Shown here in pieces: positions 1-10,234 of a stretch of 64,000 nucleotides of DNA. The stretch covers positions 1,248,001 through 1,312,000 of the forward strand of contig CBDCSU010000006.1 of NCBI GenBank assembly GCA_965221775.1, read 5' to 3'. Source of the DNA: Candidatus Latescibacterota bacterium (GTDB taxonomy: Bacteria > Latescibacterota > UBA2968 > UBA8231). A program made the position numbers and the translations under genes. The notes under the pieces were generated by a model. The model made no database searches, was not told where the DNA came from, and was given only the letters and a program-made list of their open reading frames with translations. Each line of letters starts with the position of its first letter. Position 1 is the first letter of the stretch.

Positions 1-11
1 GGCTTGTCGAA

Positions 12-1592
12 GTGGATGCCGTCCGTCGACTCGGCATAGCCGACGTAGGCCTGCTCCAGGCCGGGCCCGGACCCCGCCTTGCGCACGTGATACCACAGCC
101 GGATACGGCCGTCCTCTTCCTGCAGCACGCTGCTGTAGATGCCGAAGCTGGTGGTGGACGGATCCTCCCACGGGGCGCCGGCGGTGACCACCGGCTCCGC
201 CGCCTGGCCGGGTGGATTCATGGTGAGCTCGACGCCATGGCCGGCGGCGATCAAGCGATCGTCGACGAAGAGCTGCTTCCTCGATCCGATGTCCATCGGC
301 TTCATGATGCCCTCCCTGCAAACCCTCGCTTCGTGCTCACCTTCGGTTTGTCTATCATTGCGCGCCCGCAGAGACGCCTTGTGAATCACTCGAAATTGTA
401 CTGGGACGAGACCCGCTACTCCAGCTTCCCCACGGTGGTCGGGGGAGACCGCGGCGAGCTGTGGGTCGGCTTCGACTGGAACTCCCACACGCCGCTTTCC
501 CGGGGGGTCCAGGGTGCGGCGCACTCCCACGCAGGTGGCCTGGCGGGAGGCGCCACCGGTCACGTGGAGTTGTTCTCCCCGGACGGGGGGGACAACTGGT
601 TCGAGGAGGGGAAGGACGGGCGGTACCGCCAGTGCCCGGAGGCGCTGAGAAGCGCCGTGCTCAGCGACGGCACGCAGGTCCGGATCTCCCGTCCCGTCAA
701 CGCCTACCCACCCGGGCGCAGGCAGGAGTTCGAGGCCCGCGGCTTTGCGGTGGAGGAGTTCCCCGGGCGCATCCACGTGGAGCACAGCCTGCGGGTGTCG
801 CGAAAGCGGCCGCGACAGGGCTCCTGGGAACACCTTCTGCTCCGGAGCGGCGAGGAGCTGCCGTTCTTCGCCCTCGTCCGCAACGGGTCCGACCTGAAGA
901 GCTGTGTTCTGGCCGGCGATACGATTCTGCACCAGGTCTACGGGAGCGCCCGGGCCGGCGATCCGTACCGGGCGTGGGTGCTGCGCTCGGAAGACGGCGG
1001 CGACACCTGGGAGATGGTGACGATGGCGTACGACGGCGGCGAGCATCCCTTCAACGAGAGCAGCCTGCTGGCGCTGCCGGGGGGCCGCATCGTGGCGATG
1101 GTGCGCACCTCGAGCGGCAGCAAGCGCATTCCACAGGAGGAGAAGCACCTCTTCCAGACACACTCGGACGACGGCGGCAAGACCTGGAGCCGGGTGAGAA
1201 AGACCGGGATGTGGGGATATCCTCCGCACCTGCTGCTGCTGAGCAGCGGCGATGTCCTGTGCAGCTACGGACACCGGCGGGCCCCCTTCGGGGTGCGGGC
1301 CTGCCTGTCCCGCGATGGCTGCGAGACCTGGGAGACCGACGACGAGATCGTGCTCCGCGATGACGGTCTCACGACCGACGGGACCGTGGCCGGGAAGGGA
1401 ACCCCCGACGACCTGGGTTACCCGCGGACGGTGGAGCTGCCCGACGGCTCGCTGTTCACCGTGTACTACATGACCCTCGGCGACAGCGTGACCCACGTCG
1501 CCGCTACCCGATGGACGCTGGGTCCGGCCCAGGCCTCCGCTTCGCGCCGGCCGCGTGCGCGCGGGACTGTGCCCGCCGCCCCCGGTCCCTGA
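12..1592 (+). CDS. Sialidase/BNR (Asp-box) beta-propeller protein; 5' end uncertain, may begin before the window
   Basis: Asp-box repeats SPDGGDNW, SEDGGDTW, SDDGGKTW, SRDGCETW; C-terminal DLGYP..ELPDG..VYY typical of BNR-repeat sialidase-like proteins. Confidence 0.8.
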   Translation: MDAVRRLGIADVGLLQAGPGPRLAHVIPQPDTAVLFLQHAAVDAEAGGGRILPRGAGGDHRLRRLAGWIHGELDAMAGGDQAIVDEELLPRSDVHRLHDALPANPRFVLTFGLSIIARPQRRLVNHSKLYWDETRYSSFPTVVGGDRGELWVGFDWNSHTPLSRGVQGAAHSHAGGLAGGATGHVELFSPDGGDNWFEEGKDGRYRQCPEALRSAVLSDGTQVRISRPVNAYPPGRRQEFEARGFAVEEFPGRIHVEHSLRVSRKRPRQGSWEHLLLRSGEELPFFALVRNGSDLKSCVLAGDTILHQVYGSARAGDPYRAWVLRSEDGGDTWEMVTMAYDGGEHPFNESSLLALPGGRIVAMVRTSSGSKRIPQEEKHLFQTHSDDGGKTWSRVRKTGMWGYPPHLLLLSSGDVLCSYGHRRAPFGVRACLSRDGCETWETDDEIVLRDDGLTTDGTVAGKGTPDDLGYPRTVELPDGSLFTVYYMTLGDSVTHVAATRWTLGPAQASASRRPRARGTVPAAPGP

Positions 1593-4507
1593 CGGGGGCC
1601 CCCGAACTCGAGGCACCCATCTCGAGCAGGTGCTTTTCCCGGGAGCCCGGGCTCGCGTCGGTTCTGTTCCGGCTGTTCCGCCGCCGCGACGCCAGGGCCG
1701 CCACCGTTGAGGACGCGGCCCTGAGACTGACCTGGGCCTCCGGTGCCAGGGAGATCCCCCTCGGCGCCATCGAATCCGCGCAACTCCAGACGGGGTGGCG
1801 CTGGGGCCGGGTGAGGGTTGGTCATGCCTCCGGGGCGGCCGCCGTGTCCGGGCTTGCGCGGGCCGACGCGGAGGCGCTTGCGGAGGCGCTGGAAGCGGCC
1901 CGGGCCGGTTGGTGGCGCCGGGAGTTCGCCGCCCGGAGCGAGGCGCTCCGCTCCATCCACGGGCGCTTGGCGCAGTTCGAGGACCCGCCGGGATACATGG
2001 GCCGCAGCCTCTGCGGTGATCTCGAGCGAGTCGCGGGTGAAGTCGCCGGCCACTTTCCCGGCCAGTGGCCGGACCCCCTTTCCGACGCTCCGGAAGCCGC
2101 GATGCTGGCGGCGGTACGGGGGTTCCTCAGCAGCCCCGAGGCGTTCAGGGCGAGGGCCAACGAGGCCTTCGCCGCCGGTGAGCTGAAGCGCTGCCGGGCG
2201 TTCTTCGACCGGGTGGAGGCGCGGCCCCTCACCGACGAGCAGCGCCGAGCGGTCGTGGTCGACGAAGACCGCAACCTCGTGGTCGCCGCCGCCGGCAGCG
2301 GCAAGACCTCGGTGATCGTCGCCAAGGCCGGCTGGCTCGTTCTGAGAGGTTCCCGGCGCCCGTCGGAACTGCTCCTGCTCGCCTTCGCAAGGGACGCCCG
2401 GGACGAGCTCGACGAACGCATCCGCGCCCGTCTTGGGGACGAGACGGCCGGCGGCGCCACGGTGCGGACGTTCCACGGCCTCGGCATGTCGATCATCGGC
2501 AAGGCCGAGGGCCGGCGCCCGTCACTGGCCCGGGCCGCAGAGGACAACAAGGCGCTCATCGACCTGCTGAAGGAGATCCTCGCCCGACGGCTCGCCGCCG
2601 GCGAGGTGCCGGATGCCCTGCTCAGGTGGTTCATGGGCTGCTTCGCGCCCTACCGGAGCCACCAGGAGTTCAGCAACTGGGGGCAGTACTGGGAGTACCT
2701 CCGCCGCTACGACATCCGCTCCCTGAAGGGGGAGAAGGTGAAGAGCATGGAGGAATGCGAGATCGCCAACTTCCTCTACCTGAACAGCGTGCCTTACGAG
2801 TACGAAGCCCCCTACGAACACGACACGGCGACCCCGGAGAAGCGTCAGTACCGGCCCGACTTCCATCTCCCGGAGGCGGGGATCTACATCGAGCACTTCG
2901 GCCTCGACGCCGAAGGCCGGACGGCGCCGTTCGTCGATGAGAAGAAGTACCTCCAGGACATGGAGTGGAAGCGCCGGCTTCACGCCGAGAAGGGCACCGT
3001 CCTCATCGAGACCTTCAGCCGGGAACGGGCCGCCGGCGCCTTGACCCGCAATCTGCGGAACAAGCTCGCCGCGCGCGGCGTCCCCCTGTCCCCGCTTCCC
3101 CAGGCCGAGGTCTTCACCGTCCTCCAGCGGCAGGGCCGCATCGATCCGTTCCTGCGCCTGCTGGCAACCTTCCTTCACCACTTCAAGGGAGCCCAGCTCA
3201 CCTTCGAGGAAGTCTCCCGCCGGGCGGCGGGCGCCGAAGACCCGCGGCGGGCCGAGGCGTTCCTCGCCGTCTTCGGACCGGTCTTCGAGGCCTACCAGGA
3301 AACCCTCTCCCGTCTGGGAGAGATCGACTTTCACGACATGATCGACAAGGCGACGGAACATGTGGAGGCGGGACGCTACCGCAGCCCCTTCGGCTACATC
3401 CTGGTCGATGAGTTCCAGGACATCTCCCCCGCGAGGGCGAGGCTGCTGAAGGCACTGCTCGACCAGTCCCCGGCGGCCCAGTTGTTCGCCGTCGGCGACG
3501 ACTGGCAGGCGATATTCCGCTTCGCCGGATCCGACACCGCCATCATGCGCGACTTCGGGAAGCGCTTTGGCGCCAGCGAGCGGATCGCCCTGGAGACGAC
3601 CTTCCGATGTCCGCAGGCCATCGCCGAGGCCGCGACCCGGTTCGTTCTCGCCAACCCCACGCAGATACGCAAGAAGGTGCGTTCGACGCGCACGGTGGAG
3701 GGACCGTGCGTGCACGTAGGGCTCGCCGGGACCGAGGGCCTTTCCCTGTTGAGCGACGCCCTCGACAGGATCGCGGCGGACGCCGAGACGAGCCAGGAGG
3801 CGTCGAGCGTGCTGTTGCTGGGACGCTACCGGCACGCGCAACCGCCCGACCTGTCCGGCCTGGCCAGCCGCTATCCCCGCCTGCGGCTGTCCTTCATGAC
3901 CGTCCACGGCTCCAAGGGCCTCGAAGCCGACTATGCGGTGGTCCTCGGCCTGTGCTCGGGCAGACACGGGTTCCCGTCGGAGATCGCCGACGACCCCCTT
4001 CTCGATCTCGTTCTCTCGGCGCCGGACGAACATCCGAACGCCGAGGAGCGGCGCCTTCTCTACGTCGCCATGACCCGGGCCCGACGCCGGGTCTACCTTC
4101 TCGCCGACGGTGGCCCCCCTTCTCCCTTCGTTCAGGAGTTGATCAAGGGGGGCGGCGACGTCGTCGTCTTCGGGCCTTCGCCGGAGAAGGAGGCGCCCTG
4201 TCCCCGGTGCGTCGAAGGACACCTGGTACCCCGCGAGAACAGCCGCGACCGGAGCGTGTTCTACGGCTGCTCGAACTGGCCGTACTGCAGACACAGGCAG
4301 CCGCCCTGCCCGGCCTGCGGCAAAGGACTGCCGGTGGCGGAGAACGGGGGGTTCCGCTGCCGGGATTGCCGCCAGCCGATCGAGGCCTGCCCCGACTGCG
4401 GCGGCTGGCTGCAGACCCGGATCGGCCGGCACGGCCGCTTCGTCGGGTGCTCGAACTGGCCTGAATGCGGCTATACCCGCCAGCCTTCGCCGGGCCATCG
4501 GGGCTGA
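1511..4507 (+). CDS. UvrD/helicase IV-like SF1 helicase with an inserted nuclease-like domain and C-terminal topoisomerase-type Zn ribbons; true start uncertain (possibly CTG at 1589)
   Basis: Walker A AAAGSGKT, Walker B ILVDEFQD, VGDDWQAIF, TVHGSKGLE, EERRLLYVAMTRAR; insert KSMEE..IAN.L...YEYE...RPDF....IYIEHFG; C-terminal CPRC/FYGCSNWPYC and CPDC/FVGCSNWPEC. Confidence 0.88.
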   Translation: MDAGSGPGLRFAPAACARDCARRPRSLTGAPELEAPISSRCFSREPGLASVLFRLFRRRDARAATVEDAALRLTWASGAREIPLGAIESAQLQTGWRWGRVRVGHASGAAAVSGLARADAEALAEALEAARAGWWRREFAARSEALRSIHGRLAQFEDPPGYMGRSLCGDLERVAGEVAGHFPGQWPDPLSDAPEAAMLAAVRGFLSSPEAFRARANEAFAAGELKRCRAFFDRVEARPLTDEQRRAVVVDEDRNLVVAAAGSGKTSVIVAKAGWLVLRGSRRPSELLLLAFARDARDELDERIRARLGDETAGGATVRTFHGLGMSIIGKAEGRRPSLARAAEDNKALIDLLKEILARRLAAGEVPDALLRWFMGCFAPYRSHQEFSNWGQYWEYLRRYDIRSLKGEKVKSMEECEIANFLYLNSVPYEYEAPYEHDTATPEKRQYRPDFHLPEAGIYIEHFGLDAEGRTAPFVDEKKYLQDMEWKRRLHAEKGTVLIETFSRERAAGALTRNLRNKLAARGVPLSPLPQAEVFTVLQRQGRIDPFLRLLATFLHHFKGAQLTFEEVSRRAAGAEDPRRAEAFLAVFGPVFEAYQETLSRLGEIDFHDMIDKATEHVEAGRYRSPFGYILVDEFQDISPARARLLKALLDQSPAAQLFAVGDDWQAIFRFAGSDTAIMRDFGKRFGASERIALETTFRCPQAIAEAATRFVLANPTQIRKKVRSTRTVEGPCVHVGLAGTEGLSLLSDALDRIAADAETSQEASSVLLLGRYRHAQPPDLSGLASRYPRLRLSFMTVHGSKGLEADYAVVLGLCSGRHGFPSEIADDPLLDLVLSAPDEHPNAEERRLLYVAMTRARRRVYLLADGGPPSPFVQELIKGGGDVVVFGPSPEKEAPCPRCVEGHLVPRENSRDRSVFYGCSNWPYCRHRQPPCPACGKGLPVAENGGFRCRDCRQPIEACPDCGGWLQTRIGRHGRFVGCSNWPECGYTRQPSPGHRG

Positions 4508-4683
4508 CGGGGCGACTCTTCCCCCGATCGCCTGGACCTTTCCAGGACCGGCCCAAGTCCCGTTAATCCTGCCATGTCCCGCACTCCCCAGACAACCGCT
4601 GCACCGATCCGCGGGATGCCCGTACGGCGGGGCCCGGAGACCGGGATTGTCGGAAGGCCCCCAATCGACTACGGAGAGCGGCC

Positions 4684-5418
4684 GTGACCCGGGCCTTGGG
4701 CGCCATACTGCGGCGGATCGTCGATGCCCTGCGCGACCTGGCGCCGATCATCCTCGTCATCGCCTTCTTCCAGATCGTGGTGCTGCAGCAGCCGTTCCCG
4801 GATCTCGGGCGCGTCACCCTCGGCCTGGTCTGCGTGATCGCCGGCCTGACGCTCTTCATCCAGGGGCTTGAGAGCGGCCTCTTCCCCCTGGGCGAGGCGA
4901 TCGCCCAGGCCTTTGCCCGCAAGGGCAGCGCCACGGCCCTGCTGGCCTTCGCCTTCTGCCTCGGCTTCGGCACCACCGTCGCGGAACCGGCCCTGATCGC
5001 CGTGGCCGCGGAGGCGGCCGAGGTCGCCGCCGAAGCCGGCGCCATCGCCGACCACGACGGGGCGCGCGGCTCGTATGCCTTCAACCTGCGCATGGTGGTG
5101 GCCGTCTCCGTCGGCGCCGCGATCCTGCTCGGCGTGCTGCGCATCCTCAAGGGCTGGCCCCTCCACCGGCTGATCATCGGCGGCTACGTGGTGGTCACCG
5201 CCATGACCGCCTTCGCGCCCCCGGAGATCATCGGCGTGGCCTACGACTCCGGCGGCGTCACCACCAGCACGATCACGGTGCCCCTGGTCACCGCCCTCGG
5301 TGTGGGGCTCGCCACGTCGATCCGGGGGCGCAACCCGATGGTCGACGGCTTCGGGCTCATCGCCTTCGCCAGTCTGACGCCGATGATCTTCGTCCTCGCC
5401 TACGGCATGGTGGTCTGA
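4684..5418 (+). CDS. DUF1538 family membrane protein
   Basis: Multi-TM protein with [26 protein letters not shown] and [10 protein letters not shown] motifs. Confidence 0.85.
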   Translation: MTRALGAILRRIVDALRDLAPIILVIAFFQIVVLQQPFPDLGRVTLGLVCVIAGLTLFIQGLESGLFPLGEAIAQAFARKGSATALLAFAFCLGFGTTVAEPALIAVAAEAAEVAAEAGAIADHDGARGSYAFNLRMVVAVSVGAAILLGVLRILKGWPLHRLIIGGYVVVTAMTAFAPPEIIGVAYDSGGVTTSTITVPLVTALGVGLATSIRGRNPMVDGFGLIAFASLTPMIFVLAYGMVV

Positions 5419-5419
5419 G

Positions 5420-6205
5420 GTGGAGTTCCTGCGCACCATTGTCGTCACCGCGGGTACCACCGCCCTCGACGTGGCGCCCATCGTCGGCATCCTCGTCCTC
5501 TTCCAGGTGGCGGTGCTGCGCCGCAGCCTGCCCAATCTCCGGCGGATCGCGGCCGGCTTCGGCCTCGTCCTGCTGGGTCTCACCCTGTTCCTCATCGGCC
5601 TGGAGGAAGCCCTCTTCCCCATCGGCGAGACCATGGCCCGCCAGCTCACCGCCCCCGAGACCATCGGGACGGCGAGTCTGGCCGACGGCGTCGACTGGCA
5701 CGACTACCTGCTGGTCTACGTCTTTGCCGCGGCCATCGGCTTTGCCACCACCGTGGCCGAGCCCTCCCTCATCGCGGTGGCCCTCAAGGCCGAGGAGATC
5801 TCGGGCGGCGCCATCCACGCCTGGGGCCTGCGGATCGCGGTGGCCGCCGGGGTGGCGGCGGGAGTGGCCCTCGGGTGCTTCCGCATCGTCACCGGCACCC
5901 CCCTGCCGTGGTACATCATCGCCGCGTATGTGGTGGTCATCGCCCAGACCTTCCGGTCGAGCCGGACCATCGTGCCCCTCGCCTACGACAGCGGCGGCGT
6001 CACCACCTCGACCGTCACCGTGCCGGTGGTCGCCGCCCTGGGCCTGGGGCTCGCGGCCACCGTTCCCGGGCGCAGCCCGCTCATCGACGGATTCGGACTC
6101 ATCGCCTTCGCCAGCGTCTTCCCCATCATGTCCGTGCTCGGCTATGCCATGGCCGTGTCCTGGGTGGGCCGGCGCCGGGAAGCCAACCATTCCAAGGAGA
6201 CCTGA
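5420..6205 (+). CDS. DUF1538 family membrane protein (second paralogue)
   Basis: Same [20 protein letters not shown] and [10 protein letters not shown] motifs; starts 1 bp after the first paralogue. Confidence 0.85.
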   Translation: MEFLRTIVVTAGTTALDVAPIVGILVLFQVAVLRRSLPNLRRIAAGFGLVLLGLTLFLIGLEEALFPIGETMARQLTAPETIGTASLADGVDWHDYLLVYVFAAAIGFATTVAEPSLIAVALKAEEISGGAIHAWGLRIAVAAGVAAGVALGCFRIVTGTPLPWYIIAAYVVVIAQTFRSSRTIVPLAYDSGGVTTSTVTVPVVAALGLGLAATVPGRSPLIDGFGLIAFASVFPIMSVLGYAMAVSWVGRRREANHSKET

Positions 6206-6207
6206 CC

Positions 6208-6558
6208 ATGAGACTGAAACTGATCGTCGCCCTGGTGAGCGACGACAAGACCGATACCGTGGTCGATGCGGCGCGCGCCGGCGGCGCCACCGGCGCGACG
6301 ATCTTCACCGGCGTGCGCGGCGAAGGGCTGAAGCCCCAGAAGACCTTCTTCGGTCTCGACCTGGCGGCCCGGCGCGACGTCGTCCTCTTCCTGGTGGTCG
6401 AGCCACGGGCGCGCGACATTCTGGAACGGATCCGGGATGCCGGGCACTTCGAGGACGAGCCCGGCGCCGGCATCGCCTTCCAGGTTCCCATCGAGGACGC
6501 CGTCGGTCTCACCACCCAACTCCCCACCATCCTCGAAGAAGTGGATGACGAGATATGA
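6208..6558 (+). CDS. P-II family regulator
   Basis: 116 aa MRLKLIVALV...AARAGGATGAT...RGEG...PGAGIAFQVPIEDAVG; AAGGAG SD before ATG 6208. Confidence 0.85.
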   Translation: MRLKLIVALVSDDKTDTVVDAARAGGATGATIFTGVRGEGLKPQKTFFGLDLAARRDVVLFLVVEPRARDILERIRDAGHFEDEPGAGIAFQVPIEDAVGLTTQLPTILEEVDDEI

Positions 6559-6956
6559 ACGAGAAACGCATCATCCGCGTTGGAGACCTCATGGGCTCCA
6601 AGCTCTACACGATCGACCGGCTCGCCACCGTGGCCGAGGCGATGGCCCTCATGAAGCACCACGATGTCAGCTCGCTGGCCGTCGACCGGCGCGACGACGA
6701 CGACGAGTTCGGCCTGCTGGTGGTGGCGGACATCGCCCGCGAGGTGATCGCGAGGAACCGGGCCCCCGAGCGCGTCAACGTGTACGAGATCATGTCGAAG
6801 CCGGTGCTGACCCTGCCGTCGGCGATGCTCGCCCGCTACGCGGTGCGCCTCCTCGTGCGCTTCGAGCTCTCCCGCGCGGTAGTCGTCGACTACGAGCGCA
6901 CCCCCCTCGGCATGGTGACCCTGCGCGATCTCGTGCTGAGCCACGTGGAGGAGTGA
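6555..6956 (+). CDS. CBS-domain pair protein
   Basis: VGDLM..., YEIMSKPVLT..., GMVTLRDLV; ATGA overlap with the P-II gene. Confidence 0.85.
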   Translation: MNEKRIIRVGDLMGSKLYTIDRLATVAEAMALMKHHDVSSLAVDRRDDDDEFGLLVVADIAREVIARNRAPERVNVYEIMSKPVLTLPSAMLARYAVRLLVRFELSRAVVVDYERTPLGMVTLRDLVLSHVEE

Positions 6957-6975
6957 CGCGCTCCGGGCGCCACGT

Positions 6976-7782
6976 TCACAAGTCGTACTCGCCGCGCGCG
7001 TTCCAGCCCGGGTACTGGTCTTCGAGGCGGGCCAGCGTCTCCCGGGTGTAGTACTCGTGGCCGGGGGGCGGAAAGCGGAAGAGGGCCCGCTCGCGCGCCG
7101 ACAGCCGGCCGATGAAACCCCGGAAGTGCTCGTTCATCCCCTGGTTGGTAAAGCTGCTCACGCCCTCCCAGTAGTGGTCGGCGCGGCCGTAGATCCGCGT
7201 GGCGGAATAGCGCTGCCCCTCGCTGCCCTTGAACACCGTCGCCGAGTGCCAGAGATGGGTGTGGAAGACCATGATCGTGTTCGCCGGCACGGTCAGCAGG
7301 ACCTGCTTGCTCAGGTCTTTCCCATGGGGCCTGGGCACGATCCGCATGGGCGCCTGGTTCTCGTCCACGGCTTCGGGGAAATACCATGTGCTGATCTGCG
7401 CGTAGCGCCGGTCGGATGTGGGAGGCAGGAGCGAGTTGTTGCCATTGTCGATGTGCAGGGGCCGCTGCTCGGCCCCGGGGTCGGGGTAGCGCGCCCAGTT
7501 GTGGGCGTAGCGGAAGAAGATGTCATCGGTGTCGAGGGCCCGCTGCACGAACTCGATGAGATCCCAGTCGATGATGAACTCATTGAAGAGCATGTCGGCG
7601 TAGGGGAAGTCGTCCCTCAAGAGCCGGTTTTCGGGCGGATCGTCGGCGATCTCCTCCCAGGGAGGGTGGGTCCGGCGGAGGCCCTCGGCGATCTCGGCCC
7701 GGCGTTCCTCCGGGTAGAAGTCCTCTACCACCACAAAGCCTTGCTCCAGGAAGGTCTGGTAATGATCGTCCGTCAGTTTCAT
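6976..7782 (-). CDS. Phytanoyl-CoA dioxygenase (PhyH) family 2OG-Fe(II) dioxygenase
   Basis: MKLTDDHYQTFLEQGFVVV, HxD motif LHID, distal His in LWHSA. Confidence 0.8.
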   Translation of the reverse strand: MKLTDDHYQTFLEQGFVVVEDFYPEERRAEIAEGLRRTHPPWEEIADDPPENRLLRDDFPYADMLFNEFIIDWDLIEFVQRALDTDDIFFRYAHNWARYPDPGAEQRPLHIDNGNNSLLPPTSDRRYAQISTWYFPEAVDENQAPMRIVPRPHGKDLSKQVLLTVPANTIMVFHTHLWHSATVFKGSEGQRYSATRIYGRADHYWEGVSSFTNQGMNEHFRGFIGRLSARERALFRFPPPGHEYYTRETLARLEDQYPGWNARGEYDL

Positions 7783-7868
7783 GCTCCCTCTCCACTGCGT
7801 TTCTGTTGCAGGCCGCTGTCCGTGCAACCAGTATAGTCGGCACCTTCCCCCCGACCCAAAGGAATCTC

Positions 7869-8717
7869 ATGAGCGCCGCCTGCCGTTACGAAGTCGTCGA
7901 ACAATGGGGCCTCGGCCCCCGGGGCCGCCCCATGGGCGGTGTCGTGCCCGCGGTGGCCGCCGACAGCCGCGGCCGGGTCTTCGTGGGCCGCCGTCATCCC
8001 CCCGCCCTGCTGGTGTACGACCGCGGCGGGGCCTATCTCGACACCTGGGGAGCCGGCCTGCTGAAGAACCCCCACCTCCTGTGGGTCGACGCCGAGGACC
8101 GGGTGTACGCGGCCGACACCGACGACCACACCATCCGCTGCTTCAGTCCGCGGGGGGAAGTGGTCCGCACGTGGGGCACGCCGGGCGTGCCGGGCGCGCC
8201 CGACCAGCCCTTCAACCAGCCCACGAAAGCGATGCGCGGCCCCTCCGGGGATCTCTACGTGTCCGACGGCTACGGCCAGTACCGCATCCACCGCTTCTCG
8301 GAGGCGGGAGAGTTGCTCCATTCCTGGGGATCGGCGGGCACCGGGCCGGGCCAGTTCGCCCTGCCTCACAGTCTCTGGGTCGACCGCGGCGAGCGCGTCT
8401 GGGCCGTGGACCGCGAGAACAACCGCATCCAGCGCTTCGACTCCGAGGGCCGCTACCTGGACGAGTGGACCGACCTGGTAATGCCCATGGATCTCTTCAT
8501 CACCCCGGACGATACGGTGTACATCGTCGAGGCTCACTCGCGCGTCAGCATCTTCGACATGGAGGGGCGGCTGCTGGCCCGCTGGGGCGAGGACGGATCC
8601 GCTCCCGGGCAATTCGCCGACGCCCCGCACAGCATCTGGGTGGACGACGAGGGCTCGCTCTACATCGGTGAAGTGGCCACCCTGCACGACAGGGTGCAGA
8701 AGTTCCGCCGCACATGA
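7869..8717 (+). CDS. NHL-repeat protein (peptidyl-alpha-hydroxyglycine lyase-like)
   Basis: Repeated FNQPT, GQFALPHSLWVD and GQFADAPHSIWVD units; YVSDGYG motif. Confidence 0.8.
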   Translation: MSAACRYEVVEQWGLGPRGRPMGGVVPAVAADSRGRVFVGRRHPPALLVYDRGGAYLDTWGAGLLKNPHLLWVDAEDRVYAADTDDHTIRCFSPRGEVVRTWGTPGVPGAPDQPFNQPTKAMRGPSGDLYVSDGYGQYRIHRFSEAGELLHSWGSAGTGPGQFALPHSLWVDRGERVWAVDRENNRIQRFDSEGRYLDEWTDLVMPMDLFITPDDTVYIVEAHSRVSIFDMEGRLLARWGEDGSAPGQFADAPHSIWVDDEGSLYIGEVATLHDRVQKFRRT

Positions 8718-9658
8718 TGGAACTCGTGAGGTATCCCGACAGCCGCATCGAGGTCCTCGACGAGCGCTTCGCCAGGTACAAGCTGGCCAACGCCGCCCTC
8801 GAGATGCTCTGGACCGGCGGGCGCTGGCTCGAGGGTCCCGTGTGGTTCGGCGACGGCCGCTACCTGCTGTTCAGCGACATCCCCAACAACCGCATTCTCA
8901 AGTGGGAAGAAGAGACCGGGGAGGTCTCGGTCTTCCGCAAGCCATCGAACAACACCAACGGCAACACGCGCGATCTCCAGGGACGCCTGCTGTCGTGCGA
9001 GCACGACACGCGCCGGGTCACGCGCACGGAGTACGATGGTTCGATCACCGTGTTGATCGATCGGTTCGAGGGCCGGCCGTTGAACGCCCCCAACGACATC
9101 GTGGTGAAGTCCGATGGGTCGATCTGGTTCACCGACCCCGGGTACGGCATCCTGATGGACTACGAGGGACATCGGGACGAGTTCGAGAATGCCGCCAATG
9201 TGTACCGCCTCGACCCGGATAGGGGGGAAGCGACGGTGGCGGCCGGGGATTTCCAGCGGCCCAACGGCCTCTGCTTCAGCCCGGACGAGTCGCGCCTCTA
9301 CATCGTCGACACGGGGCGCTCCGACGGCCCCGAATACCCCACCCACATCCGCGTCTTCGACGTCCACGGCGACCGCCTTGCCAACGGCCGCGTCTTCGCG
9401 GACATGGAACCCGGCTCGTCGGACGGGGTCCGCACCGACGTGGACGGCAACCTGTGGTCAGGCGCCTGCTGGGGGGGCGAGGGCTACGACGGCGTCCACT
9501 GCTTTGCCCCCGACGGCACCCTGATCGGCAAGATCCACCTGCCGGCGCCCTGCGCCAACCTCTGCTTCGGCGGCCCGAAGCGGAACCGGCTGTTCATCAC
9601 CTGCTCGCAGTCGCTGTTCTCTGTGTACGTCGAGACGAACGGCGCTCAGAAGCCGTAG
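8714..9658 (+). CDS. SMP-30/gluconolactonase family protein
   Basis: WLEGPVW, FSDIPNNRI, NAPND, PNGLCFSPDE, DGVRTDVDGNLW. Confidence 0.9.
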   Translation: MMELVRYPDSRIEVLDERFARYKLANAALEMLWTGGRWLEGPVWFGDGRYLLFSDIPNNRILKWEEETGEVSVFRKPSNNTNGNTRDLQGRLLSCEHDTRRVTRTEYDGSITVLIDRFEGRPLNAPNDIVVKSDGSIWFTDPGYGILMDYEGHRDEFENAANVYRLDPDRGEATVAAGDFQRPNGLCFSPDESRLYIVDTGRSDGPEYPTHIRVFDVHGDRLANGRVFADMEPGSSDGVRTDVDGNLWSGACWGGEGYDGVHCFAPDGTLIGKIHLPAPCANLCFGGPKRNRLFITCSQSLFSVYVETNGAQKP

Positions 9659-9680
9659 GGATCCACCTGACCCACTCGGC

Positions 9681-10220
9681 ATGGTGACCCACCAGTTCAC
9701 ATACGAGGACTACCAGCACACACCGGAGGACCAGCGCTTCGAGCTGTTGGACGGAGAGCTGATCATGGTTCCCGCGCCCAACCTGAGACACCAGAGGATC
9801 GGCACCAGGCTGGGGGCGCTGCTCCATGCATTCGTGCAGCAGGGGGGCCTGGGGGAGGTCTTCCACGCCCCCTGCGACGTGGTGCTGTCGAACACCGACG
9901 TGGTGCAGCCCGACCTGCTGTTCGTATCCGTCGAGCGCGCCCACCTGCTGCTCGGCGGCGACAACGTCCTCGGGGCACCGGACCTCGTCGTCGAGATCCT
10001 GTCGCCCGCCACCGCCGGGCGGGACCGGACGCTCAAACGGTCCCTGTACGCCAGGCACGGCGTGAAGGAGTACTGGCTCGTCGATCCAGAGGCCCGGACG
10101 GTGACGGTACTGGGCCTGGGGGCTGGCGACTTCGAGGTGGTGGGCACCTACGGCGAGGGCCAGACCATGGCCTCGCCCACGCTCTCGGGCTTCAGCGCCG
10201 GCTTGGACGAGTTCCTGTAG
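9681..10220 (+). CDS. Uma2 (DUF820) family endonuclease-like protein
   Basis: FELLDGEL..PAP, VVQPDL, GAPDLVVEILSP, KRSLYARHGVKEYWLVDP. Confidence 0.9.
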   Translation: MVTHQFTYEDYQHTPEDQRFELLDGELIMVPAPNLRHQRIGTRLGALLHAFVQQGGLGEVFHAPCDVVLSNTDVVQPDLLFVSVERAHLLLGGDNVLGAPDLVVEILSPATAGRDRTLKRSLYARHGVKEYWLVDPEARTVTVLGLGAGDFEVVGTYGEGQTMASPTLSGFSAGLDEFL

Positions 10221-10234
10221 AGAGCCGGCCGCCC

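Noticed and set aside
9681-10220. Uma2 gene as a defence or mobile element
   Set aside because: It belongs to a commonly expanded family, has host-like codon usage and has no associated partners
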